Shown one piece after another: positions 17,586-25,118 of a stretch of DNA of 64,000 nucleotides (position 1 is its first letter; each line of letters begins with the position of its first letter). This DNA is from Betaproteobacteria bacterium (lineage in GTDB: Bacteria; Pseudomonadota; Gammaproteobacteria; Burkholderiales; SG8-41). The position numbers and the translations under genes are program-made. The stretch is taken from assembly GCA_029864385.1 (NCBI GenBank), contig JAOTTL010000001.1, positions 101-64,100 of the forward strand, given 5' to 3'. The notes below the pieces were generated by a model. The model did no database searches. It was not told the origin of the DNA and was given only the letters and a program-made list of their open reading frames with translations.

Positions 17586-17696
17586 AAAGTTGCACGTTTG
17601 AGATCGCAAATTGCGACCTCAAACGTGCCGCCTTCGAAGCATTCAGTTGAAATGCGAAATCGACCCATCGCGGTTATTCGAGCAACCAGCACCGCC

Positions 17697-17721
17697 AAAC
17701 AAAAACCCCGCCGAAGCGGGG
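17697..17721 (-). terminator. rho-independent terminator downstream of the Cys/His-rich small gene
   Basis: Minus strand CCCCGC-TTCG-GCGGGG followed by TTTTTGTTT. Confidence 0.7.
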
Positions 17722-17761
17722 TGTGTAGTTCGCAGTAAAATTTACGCCAGCATACTTCAGG

Positions 17762-18040
17762 TCAACGCGGAGCGTTTTCTTGATTTCTCCCATCGCTCGT
17801 CCTGGTTCGACGCAGTCCTAATGAATGGGCCAATTGGTCGAGCCGAGAAGAGGGCTTGCGGGCAATCCCGATTTGCTCCGATTTGATGTAGGCACGCTCT
17901 CGCATTGTCTCCCAAGCAATGTCTTGGTATAGAGCATCGTAAATACCGCGCTGCATCGTTCCGCACCGATTACACTTTCTGTAGGCAAGAACAGACGTAA
18001 CATTAATTGTCCACTGATGTGTGAATAGACAGCGCCTCAT
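17762..18040 (-). CDS. hypothetical Cys/His-rich (zinc-ribbon-like) protein; paralog of the N-terminal module of the PilZ protein at 42998
   Basis: MRRCLFTHQW...CNRCGTMQRG...WETMRER...LDQ..H..GLRRTRTSD aligns along its whole length with residues 1-95 of ORF 42995..43747. ATG 18040 after AGGGGAA. A rho-independent terminator lies about 40 nt downstream. Confidence 0.55.
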   Translation of the reverse strand: MRRCLFTHQWTINVTSVLAYRKCNRCGTMQRGIYDALYQDIAWETMRERAYIKSEQIGIARKPSSRLDQLAHSLGLRRTRTSDGRNQENAPR

Positions 18041-18365
18041 CAATTTCCCCTGAACGCATCGACGCAATCTTGAAATTCTATAATCGCTGCTCGCCTCCGG
18101 GAATGATCAATCTCTCCTATCCCCGGTAGAAGGAATCTACCTTTTTTTGCGGCATCTTGGATCCTCCGTCCGGTTTCGACCCTAAGGAACATTCAAGCTT
18201 TTCTACAACCTCAACGCAGGGCTAAACGGTGCGCTGCTGCGGCGCGTCCGGTTGAGCGCCCTGTGGGGCACTCAGTTCTTTAGGTAGATGCCATATGGCA
18301 CGCCAAAAACTGGCGATGCATCGCCGAAAAATTCAAATTTAGTAGTTCATTTATGTAGTTACGCC

Positions 18366-19352
18366 TCAGCCGGCCCGACTCCGGGGCTCCGATGGGAAAA
18401 TGTGGCCTGACGCCGGTTTCGCCCGGCAGCCCGCGTCCCGTGGCAGGCCGCGCAACGGCGCCCGCAGCGCGAGCAGCAGCAGCGCCTTGGTCATGCGCAC
18501 GCGGTCGAAGCGATGCAGCGCCGGCATCACCGGCGCAATGTGATCGACCCCCGAGACCTTGACGAAGTCCATGCCCGGCAGCACCGCGGCATCGATCGGC
18601 ACCAGGCCGTCGCTGCGGATGCCCTCGCGCAACATCAGCTCGCGCGGAATCTCGAGCAGCGTCTGCGTGTGCGCGCCGGGCGTGTCGTCGAGCGCGCTCG
18701 CGAAGGCGATCGCCGGCACCTCGCGCACGAGCCGGCCGATCGCGGTTGCGTGATCGCGGTAATAGGCGAGCGAAGCGCCCGTGGTCAGGCTCTGCGCCGA
18801 TTCCTTCGTGCCGCCGAAAAACCCGAGGATCACGGTCGAGACCATTGGATCGAGCAGCGAGCCGTCGAGCAGCTTGTTGGCCACCGGCGAGCCGAAGAAT
18901 ACGCCCTGCAGCGACACCCAGCCCTTCACTTTTGTGCGCAGCGACGACTCAGCGCGCAGCGCCTCGAGCGCATCGACCGAGCCCTTGCTGTGCGTGATGA
19001 GAATCACGGGCCTCGCCGACTCCCGGATCGCCGCGGCGACGATCGGGGCGTTAATCGCGACGCTCCGCCGGGATCTGACCGCGACTTTCTCTCGCTCGAC
19101 CCCAATCGAGGCGAGCCAGCGCAGCTGGTCGGCGAAATAGGTCGGAAAGAGGTTGCCGAAGTAGCCGGGCACGAGCAGCACCTTGTGCCTGCGCAGCACT
19201 TCCACGTGCGCCGCGCCGAAGGCGCAGTCGCTACCATAGGCATCCAAAAACTGCCGCGTCAGGTCAACGCCGCCCGCAGCGCGCGCGCCGCCCGCCGCCA
19301 GCATCCCGAGCGCAATTACCAAAACCTGCAACAGAAATCGCTTGCACCCCAT
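18366..19352 (-). CDS. alpha/beta hydrolase (lipase-like), secreted
   Basis: Signal-like MGCKRFLLQVLVIALGMLAAGGARA. ILITHSKGS nucleophile-elbow-like motif. Alternative GTG start at 19385. Confidence 0.5.
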   Translation of the reverse strand: MGCKRFLLQVLVIALGMLAAGGARAAGGVDLTRQFLDAYGSDCAFGAAHVEVLRRHKVLLVPGYFGNLFPTYFADQLRWLASIGVEREKVAVRSRRSVAINAPIVAAAIRESARPVILITHSKGSVDALEALRAESSLRTKVKGWVSLQGVFFGSPVANKLLDGSLLDPMVSTVILGFFGGTKESAQSLTTGASLAYYRDHATAIGRLVREVPAIAFASALDDTPGAHTQTLLEIPRELMLREGIRSDGLVPIDAAVLPGMDFVKVSGVDHIAPVMPALHRFDRVRMTKALLLLALRAPLRGLPRDAGCRAKPASGHIFPSEPRSRAG

Positions 19353-19386
19353 GGCCCCTTGTATCACGAGATGGGTAAATCGCACT

Positions 19387-19563
19387 AAATGGGGACAGAC
19401 CCCACCAAACTAAAGGCGGAAGGCGGAAGGCGGAAGGCGGAAGGCCATAACCCCCGTCTTGGGTGCTGGGTGCTGGGTGATGGGTGATGCGCCTCAACAC
19501 TCGTGATGGGTGACCGACGGTTCGGTTTTAGTCCCTTCACCACTCGCTATTCACCATTCACGC
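19387..19563. repeat. mosaic element: (GGCGGAA)x4, (GGGTGCT)x2 (GGGTGAT)x2, then TTCACC-type right arm
   Basis: Read directly, in a divergent promoter region. The segment GACGGTTCGG...CACCATTCAC is shared with 1291-1320 and 12902-12930. Confidence 0.85.
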
Positions 19564-19668
19564 CTTTCCATAACTAGGAACAGACGCCATCGAACGGTCT
19601 TTGTATAATCCTACGTCAGTTCTCCAACCGTGCCATCGATCAACAGCACCTAAGAGGAGAGAAAGACT

Positions 19669-20652
19669 ATGAACCGACACACATTGCTGGCCTTCACATT
19701 GGCCTGGGTTGCGGCGTCCGCGCTGGCGCCGTTCGGCGCATACGCGCAGTCGCAATATCCCTCGAGACCGATCAGGGTGGTCGTTCCGTTCCCGCCCGGC
19801 GGCGTGGTGGACACGATCGCCCGCCTCTGGGCGCAGCAGGTCGGGCCCTTGCTCGGCACGATCGTCGTTGATAACCGGGGCGGCGCGGGTGGCGTCATCG
19901 GCGCGGGGGAAGTCGCGCGTGCCCGGCCCGACGGCTATACGCTTCTGGTCGGCAACAGCAGCACACAGATCATCAATCCGGCGGTGATGAGGAGCCCGCC
20001 GTACGACCCGGTCAAGGACTTCGTCACGATCGACATACTCGCCATCTCGGCGACTTCGATCATGGTCCACCCGTCGCTGCCCGTGCGGGACCTGAAGCAG
20101 CTCATCGCCTACGCCAAGGCGAATCCCGGCAAGCTGTCATACGGGTCCGCGGGGGCGGGAACCTTGACCCATCTCGCCGGCGAGATGTTCAAGCAGCGCG
20201 CGGGCGGACTCCAGATCGTGCACGTCCCGTACCGGGGAACCGGTCTGGCAGTGGCCGACCTCGTGAGCGGCTACATACCGATGATGACGCCGAACGTGAC
20301 CGGGCGGCTGCTCGGCCTGTATAAGGCCGGGAAAATTCGGATCCTGTCGGTGAATGCGCCGGCGCGCCTCAAGGCCGCGCCCGAGATCCCGGCCACGATC
20401 GAAATCCTGCCGAACATGATTGCCCAGTTGTTCAGCGGATTGTTTGCGCCGGCGGGCACGCCTAAGCCCATCGTGGATCGCGTTTCGCAAGTCACGCGCA
20501 AGGCACTTGCCGACGAGTCTTTCCAGCAGAAGCTAATCCGGTCGGGGTTCGAACCGGTACTGGACTCCAGCGCGGAGAAAGCGCAGCGCTTCGTCGATCA
20601 GGAGCGTGAGCAGCTCATGCCACTGATCAAGGCTACTGGCTTCAAGAAATAG
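19669..20652 (+). CDS. Bug family tripartite tricarboxylate transporter substrate-binding protein (TctC-like)
   Basis: RBS AAGAGGAGAG. Signal peptide, then QSQYPSRPIRVVVPFPPGGVVDTIARL, the Bug hallmark N-terminus. Confidence 0.9.
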   Translation: MNRHTLLAFTLAWVAASALAPFGAYAQSQYPSRPIRVVVPFPPGGVVDTIARLWAQQVGPLLGTIVVDNRGGAGGVIGAGEVARARPDGYTLLVGNSSTQIINPAVMRSPPYDPVKDFVTIDILAISATSIMVHPSLPVRDLKQLIAYAKANPGKLSYGSAGAGTLTHLAGEMFKQRAGGLQIVHVPYRGTGLAVADLVSGYIPMMTPNVTGRLLGLYKAGKIRILSVNAPARLKAAPEIPATIEILPNMIAQLFSGLFAPAGTPKPIVDRVSQVTRKALADESFQQKLIRSGFEPVLDSSAEKAQRFVDQEREQLMPLIKATGFKK

Positions 20653-20671
20653 ATGCCGTCGCTGGGGGGAA

Positions 20672-20753
20672 CTGAAGGCAGAAGGCGGAAGGGCCTTACG
20701 ATCCGTGATGGGTGATGGGTGATGGGTGATGGGTGATGGGTGATGGATGATGT
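20672..20753 (+). repeat. mosaic element: GAAGGCAGAAGGCGGAAGG then (GTGATGG)x5
   Basis: Read directly. Same module order as 19415-19490. Confidence 0.85.
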
Positions 20754-20761
20754 TAACAAAT

Positions 20762-20801
20762 GGGGCCAGGCTCGAATTATCAAGAATTCGAGCCTGGCCC
20801 C
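20762..20801. terminator. perfect 17-bp palindrome (REPIN-like doublet of GGGGCCAGGCTCGAATT); candidate bidirectional terminator between convergent genes
   Basis: GGGGCCAGGCTCGAATT atcaag AATTCGAGCCTGGCCCC followed by TTTG. Lies between genes ending at 20652 (+) and 20823 (-). Confidence 0.6.
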
Positions 20802-20822
20802 TTTGATCGTTGATCCCGCGCT

Positions 20823-21134
20823 TTACTGTTCGAAAGGCCTCAACGCCTCGAGCTTGATGCGGTAACCCGGCGTCGCCTCATCGTAGCGCGCGAGACATCC
20901 GCGAGCACAATCTTTGCTGTCGGGCCACAACTCGCACGAGCGAACCGTGAGCTCGGGCGTCGTGCCGTCACCGCGAAAAACACGCCCCGCCTCGACGAAA
21001 GCCACGCATCCCGTTTCGGGGCACCTCAACAGCCGCTTTCTCACGACCGGCTCGATCAGCCAGTACCCGCAACCGACCGTGCACAGTACCAGGACTACGA
21101 TTGCCACTATCCATGCCAAAGCCAAAAAGTCCAT
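20823..21134 (-). CDS. hypothetical membrane-anchored Cys-rich protein
   Basis: ATG 21134 after AAGGGG. One TM (MDFLALAWIVAIVVLVLCTVGCGYWL), then a Cys-containing soluble part. No family recognised. Confidence 0.45.
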   Translation of the reverse strand: MDFLALAWIVAIVVLVLCTVGCGYWLIEPVVRKRLLRCPETGCVAFVEAGRVFRGDGTTPELTVRSCELWPDSKDCARGCLARYDEATPGYRIKLEALRPFEQ

Positions 21135-21329
21135 AATATGACCCCTTTCCAAAAGTCTCTAAAGCTTCTTGAGTAAAAATAGTTTGCGGCCAACGGCGGG
21201 CCGTGACGTTGAGGAAAATCAAGAAATCGCAAGAAATCGTATCCATAACGGACCTATCAATCATAGCGTCGCATTTCCGCAACGCGTTGAGCGACTGAAA
21301 AGACCGCAATATGGAAGGGCGCAGTTAAA

Positions 21330-21392
21330 GGGGCCAGGCTCGAATTTTCGGGGGGCTATCCCCTAAGCAGTTCAAGGGGCCAGTCTCGATTT
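21330..21392 (+). repeat. two direct copies of the GGGGCCAG(G/T)CTCGA(A/T)TT REP-like unit
   Basis: Copies at 21330-21346 and 21376-21392, separated by a small GGGG..CCCC hairpin. Confidence 0.75.
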
Positions 21393-21563
21393 ATCATTAT
21401 TTGGACGGTAAGGAGTCAGGCTTTTGTCTGATAGCGCCGGCATCGCTAATTTTGACGACCCATTCACCTTAGGCGACAGGTGAGATGGCTATTCCCTACT
21501 TCGTCAGATTCCGAGTCCCATTAACATCAATGAGGTCATTTACTCACTTGAAGGAAGGTCTAA

Positions 21564-22931
21564 ATGTCTACGGCTGATATTACCGGGCGGTTGGCACGCT
21601 ATATGGTCGAGGCCCGGGAGCGGAGTCTCGCGCCGCACGTGGCGCAGGATGCCAGGCATCGCATCCTGGACACGCTCGCCGCGATGGTCTCGGGAGCCCA
21701 TCTCAAACCGGGGGAAATGGCGATCCGCTACGCGCGGGCGCAGGGCGGGGTCGAGGAAGCGACCGTCCTCACCACCGACATCAGGACCTCGGCCGTCAAC
21801 GCCGCTCTGGTGAACGCCATGTTCGGCCACGCTGACGAGACCGATGACTTCCATCCGGCGACAAAAGCCCATCCCGGCTGCGTCGTCGTGCCCGCGGCCC
21901 TCGCGATGGCCGAGCGCGAGGGCAGATCGGGAACGGAGCTGCTGAACGCGGTCGCGCTCGGCTACGATCTCTGCTGTCGATTTCTCCTGGCGCTCGGAGC
22001 GGATCACGTGCGCCGAACTCACCGCAGCGCCGAGGGCACCGGCTCCACGCTCGGCAGCGTGGGGGCCGCGGCCTCCCTGGCCCGGCTGGACGAAAAGGGG
22101 ATGCGCCACGCGCTTTCGTACGCCGCCCAACAGGTATCGGGCCTGTGGAGCTGGGTCCGCGATGCCGAGCACGTCGAAAAAGCCTTCGACTTCTCCGGCA
22201 TGGGCGCGCGCAATGGCGTGACCGCGGCCATCATGGCCCAGATGGGCTTTAGCGGCGTCTGGGACGTGTTCGATGGCGAGCACAACGTGCTCCAGGCCCT
22301 GTCCACCGAACCGAAACCGGAGGCAATGGTAGCGGCGCTGGGAAGCCGCTATTTCGTCACCGAAACCGCCATCAAGCCCTTCTCAATCGGCTATCCGGTC
22401 CAGGCCCCGCTGGACGCATTCCTCAGGCTCCATCGCGAGCATGGGCTCAACGTGAACAACGTGGAGCGCATCGTCGTGAGACTTCCGGAGGACGGCGCGC
22501 GCGTCGTCAATAACCGCGCCATGCCGGATATCAACTGCCAGCACCTCATCGCGTTAGCATTGGTGAAAGGCACCGTCTCGTTTGAGGACAGCCATTCCTA
22601 TGAGCAGATGGCGGACCCGACAGTGCGCGCCGCAAAGGAGCGCGTGCAGCTCATCGCCGATCCAAAGCTCATGGATCCCGCCGCGCCGCGAAGCGGCCAG
22701 GTGGAGGTGACGCTCCGGGATGGCCGCACCGTCAGCCACTTTACGCGCCACGCTCCGGGCACGAAGGAAAATCCGATGGATACGGAGGGCGTGAACGCAA
22801 AGGCGCGGCTCCTGATGGAGCCGGTGCTTGGTGCCGAGCGGACAGAGGGCGTCATCCGGCGGGTGAACGCCGTGGAGGAGCTCGACGATGTGCGCGAACT
22901 ACGGCGTTTCCTGGCACTCGAAGGTCATTAG
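21564..22931 (+). CDS. MmgE/PrpD family protein (2-methylcitrate dehydratase-like)
   Basis: 455-aa ORF. Typical PrpD-family N-terminus (ITGRLARYMVEARERSLAPHVAQDARHRILDTLAAMVSGA) and size. Confidence 0.85.
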   Translation: MSTADITGRLARYMVEARERSLAPHVAQDARHRILDTLAAMVSGAHLKPGEMAIRYARAQGGVEEATVLTTDIRTSAVNAALVNAMFGHADETDDFHPATKAHPGCVVVPAALAMAEREGRSGTELLNAVALGYDLCCRFLLALGADHVRRTHRSAEGTGSTLGSVGAAASLARLDEKGMRHALSYAAQQVSGLWSWVRDAEHVEKAFDFSGMGARNGVTAAIMAQMGFSGVWDVFDGEHNVLQALSTEPKPEAMVAALGSRYFVTETAIKPFSIGYPVQAPLDAFLRLHREHGLNVNNVERIVVRLPEDGARVVNNRAMPDINCQHLIALALVKGTVSFEDSHSYEQMADPTVRAAKERVQLIADPKLMDPAAPRSGQVEVTLRDGRTVSHFTRHAPGTKENPMDTEGVNAKARLLMEPVLGAERTEGVIRRVNAVEELDDVRELRRFLALEGH

Positions 22932-23033
22932 CAGAACCTAGTTGACAAAAAAACGCGCGAGAAAATCGAGTCTGACCTTATTTCCACAGAGTAAAGTAAT
23001 GCAGGTCTTGCATTTACCAAAGAGAGGTGACTC

Positions 23034-23303
23034 ATGCATGATTTCCGCTGGCCGGCGTTGATTACGCTGGGTGTGCTGGTGCTGTTGTTCAGCCTCGCGT
23101 GGAATGTAGGCAAGGCCCGTGCCAAATACAAGATCAACGCGCCCGCGACGACGGGCGACCCGGCGTTCGAGTGCGTCTGGTATGCCGCGGCGTATCAGCA
23201 AGAGGCCAGCAAGCGCGGGCCCCCGTTCGCCGTGTCCACGCTCGTATTCTGCATGCTCGCTCTCGGCGCCGCGTGGGGCGTGGTAAAGGGGTTTTTGCAG
23301 TGA
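23034..23303 (+). CDS. small membrane protein with MAPEG-like N-terminus (possibly truncated)
   Basis: WNVGKARAKYKINAPATTGDPAFECV resembles the MAPEG/MGST3-like loop. At 89 aa it is shorter than the usual ~130-150 aa. Confidence 0.3.
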   Translation: MHDFRWPALITLGVLVLLFSLAWNVGKARAKYKINAPATTGDPAFECVWYAAAYQQEASKRGPPFAVSTLVFCMLALGAAWGVVKGFLQ

Positions 23304-23476
23304 CGGATTAGTCCCCCAGACCGGTGGTTGTCGCGCGACAGGGGCTGATGCAGTGTTTTTGTTGAAAGTGACGATCTAACGCCGGACACTATGCCTCTCC
23401 GGGAGACAAGGCGTGAAAGAGCCGGCACGTGGCGTGGTCCAACCCCTCCTGAAGAGCTGAAAGAAAGGAAATCGCA

Positions 23477-23890
23477 ATGGCGTACATCTTCCATCAGGAT
23501 GACTTGCCGAAGCTGCTCTCGGTGGTTCCCGGCCGGGAACGCGTGTTCTTCGCCAGCAAGGAGTTAAGCGCCACCGACGCGATGCTCGCCGGAATCATGT
23601 ATTACGCCGAAGGCGCAGCCTCCCCCTATCACTTCCACAAGAATTGCGAGCATTTCTATTTCATCTTCGACGGCACCGCAACCGTGGAGACGGAGGAAGG
23701 CGTGAGGGACCTCAATCCCGGCGATCTGGTGTTCATACCGGCCGAGGAGAAACACCGGCTCCGCGCGAAGGAGCGCCTGTTCTATTTCGAGTTCCAGGCA
23801 CCGAATCGCTTCGAGACCACGATCCTCGACGGTACCAAGGACGACCTGCTGTGGGAACGTGTGGACGGCAACGTCTGGGTCCAGAGCTGA
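23477..23890 (+). CDS. cupin domain-containing protein
   Basis: YHFHKNCEHFYFIFDGTATVE...GDLVFIPAEEKHRL matches cupin motifs 1 and 2. Confidence 0.7.
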   Translation: MAYIFHQDDLPKLLSVVPGRERVFFASKELSATDAMLAGIMYYAEGAASPYHFHKNCEHFYFIFDGTATVETEEGVRDLNPGDLVFIPAEEKHRLRAKERLFYFEFQAPNRFETTILDGTKDDLLWERVDGNVWVQS

Positions 23891-23953
23891 TGACGACCTG
23901 CGTTCGGCTACGAGACGAAGCCGAGGGCCACTGGCAAACAGGAGCAAGCTGAC

Positions 23954-24313
23954 ATGTCTACGACCCATATCGATACCAACGGAATCTCCCGGAAGAAACT
24001 GAACGGCGGCCAGGGTGAAGTCGCGGAGATCGTCAACCCGGCGCTCTGCGGGGCGAAGAACGTGCTCGGCATGCTGCGTTGGCTAAGCGATGGCGAGCAT
24101 TTTGCTACGGAATCTCTGCAAGATACACACCAACTCCTTTACCTGATGGAGGGCGATGGCGTGATCAGGCTCGGCGACGACGATGTCGAAGTCAGCCAAG
24201 GCGCCGGCGTGTACCTCGGCCCAACGGAGACCGCCAGCATCCGTCACGCGGGCGACTCGACTTTGAAGCTTCTACACCTGGTCGTGCCAAAGGTCGACGA
24301 CTCAAAGGGATGA
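23954..24313 (+). CDS. cupin domain-containing protein
   Basis: 119 aa. HQLLYLMEGDGVIRLGDDDVEVSQGAGVYLGPTE is a cupin-like beta-barrel pattern. Tandem to the previous cupin. Confidence 0.55.
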   Translation: MSTTHIDTNGISRKKLNGGQGEVAEIVNPALCGAKNVLGMLRWLSDGEHFATESLQDTHQLLYLMEGDGVIRLGDDDVEVSQGAGVYLGPTETASIRHAGDSTLKLLHLVVPKVDDSKG

Positions 24314-24315
24314 AA

Positions 24316-24332
24316 GGGGCCAGGCTCGATTT
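24316..24332 (+). repeat. REP-like unit GGGGCCAGGCTCGATTT immediately after the cupin stop codon
   Basis: Stop TGA 24311-13, then AAAGGGGCCAGGCTCGATTT. Confidence 0.75.
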
Positions 24333-24365
24333 ATCCAAGCGACAACTGAAGAGTTTGAGACCACC

Positions 24366-25079
24366 ATGAATACCACGACACGTGACATCATCGTCATGAC
24401 CTCAGGCGCCTTTACTGCACCCTATCTTGCACTCATCCCCCAACTCGAAATCGCCACGAAGAGAAAAATCGTCACGGCCGCAACGTCCATGGGGACAGGG
24501 CCAGACTACATTCCGACTCGACTTCAACGCGGTGAACCCGTAGACGTTGTCATCGTTGCGGATGCCGCCCTTGTCGAATTGATCAAGGACGGCAAGATCT
24601 CGGCCGAAAGCCGTACTCCCCTCGCGCGCTCGGCCATCGGTATGGCCGTACGGGCAGGAGCACCCAAGCTGGACATCAGTTCGGTCGACGCGCTGAAACG
24701 CACGCTTCTGGAAGCGAAATCAGTCGCGTACTCTGCCAGCGTAAGCGGCCGCTATATTACCACCGAGCTGTTTCAGCGCCTCGGAATAGCCGACCACATG
24801 GCAAGTAAGAGCCGGCGAATCGAGGGTGAACGAATTGGCGCCGTGGTTGCGCGTGGAGAGGCAGAGCTCGGCTTCCAACAGATCAGCGAGCTACTTCCCG
24901 TGCCCGGGATAGCGTATCTAGGACCGCTACCGGCTGAGGTTCAAAGAGTCAGTGTGTTCTCGGCCGGCGTTGCCGCAGGTGCCAGGGATTCGGATGCGGC
25001 TCGCGCGCTTATCGGATTCCTCGCGTCGCCGGCAGCAGCCGACGCCATTACGCAAAATGGGTTGGAGCCGATGCCGTAA
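24366..25079 (+). CDS. substrate-binding domain protein (ModA-like, SBP_bac_11 type), no obvious signal peptide
   Basis: PVDVVIVADAALVELIKDGKI...SVAYSASVSGRYIT...GEAELGFQQISELLPVPGIAYLGPLPAEVQ matches the type II periplasmic-binding fold pattern. Confidence 0.6.
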   Translation: MNTTTRDIIVMTSGAFTAPYLALIPQLEIATKRKIVTAATSMGTGPDYIPTRLQRGEPVDVVIVADAALVELIKDGKISAESRTPLARSAIGMAVRAGAPKLDISSVDALKRTLLEAKSVAYSASVSGRYITTELFQRLGIADHMASKSRRIEGERIGAVVARGEAELGFQQISELLPVPGIAYLGPLPAEVQRVSVFSAGVAAGARDSDAARALIGFLASPAAADAITQNGLEPMP

Positions 25080-25081
25080 AA

Positions 25082-25098
25082 GGGGCCGGGCTCGATTA
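25082..25098 (+). repeat. REP-like unit GGGGCCGGGCTCGATTA immediately after a stop codon
   Basis: Stop TAA 25077-79, then AAGGGGCCGGGCTCGATTA. Confidence 0.7.
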
Positions 25099-25118
25099 AC
25101 TGAACCACGGAACCTGAC

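Noticed and set aside
18041-18170. Conserved leader of the Cys/His-module genes as a c-di-GMP (GEMM-I/II) or other known riboswitch.
   Set aside because: I could not find the conserved GEMM cores or any other riboswitch consensus I know. It is kept only as an unclassified conserved leader, and an Rfam scan is needed.
19415-19490. G-rich heptamer arrays as telomere-like ends of a linear replicon.
   Set aside because: They are internal, short (2-6 units), flanked on both sides by ordinary genes, and occur many times in both orientations.
19604-19609. TATAAT hexamer as the promoter of the Bug gene at 19669.
   Set aside because: There is no convincing -35 element at 16-18-nt spacing, and a single hexamer match is expected by chance in the AT-richer leader.
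20672-20753. Heptamer arrays as CRISPR arrays.
   Set aside because: The units are contiguous 7-nt (or 10-nt) words with no unique spacers, far shorter than CRISPR repeats. No cas genes are in the window.
20762-20801. GGCTCGAAT-containing repeat units as tRNA or tmRNA fragments (T-arm-like GGTTCGAAT).
   Set aside because: The resemblance is limited to about 8 nt. There is no acceptor stem, anticodon arm or cloverleaf around any copy.
21215-21238. Tandem CAAGAAATCG x2 in the 20823/21564 divergent spacer as an operator.
   Set aside because: There are only two units, no palindromic symmetry, and no recurrence elsewhere in the window.
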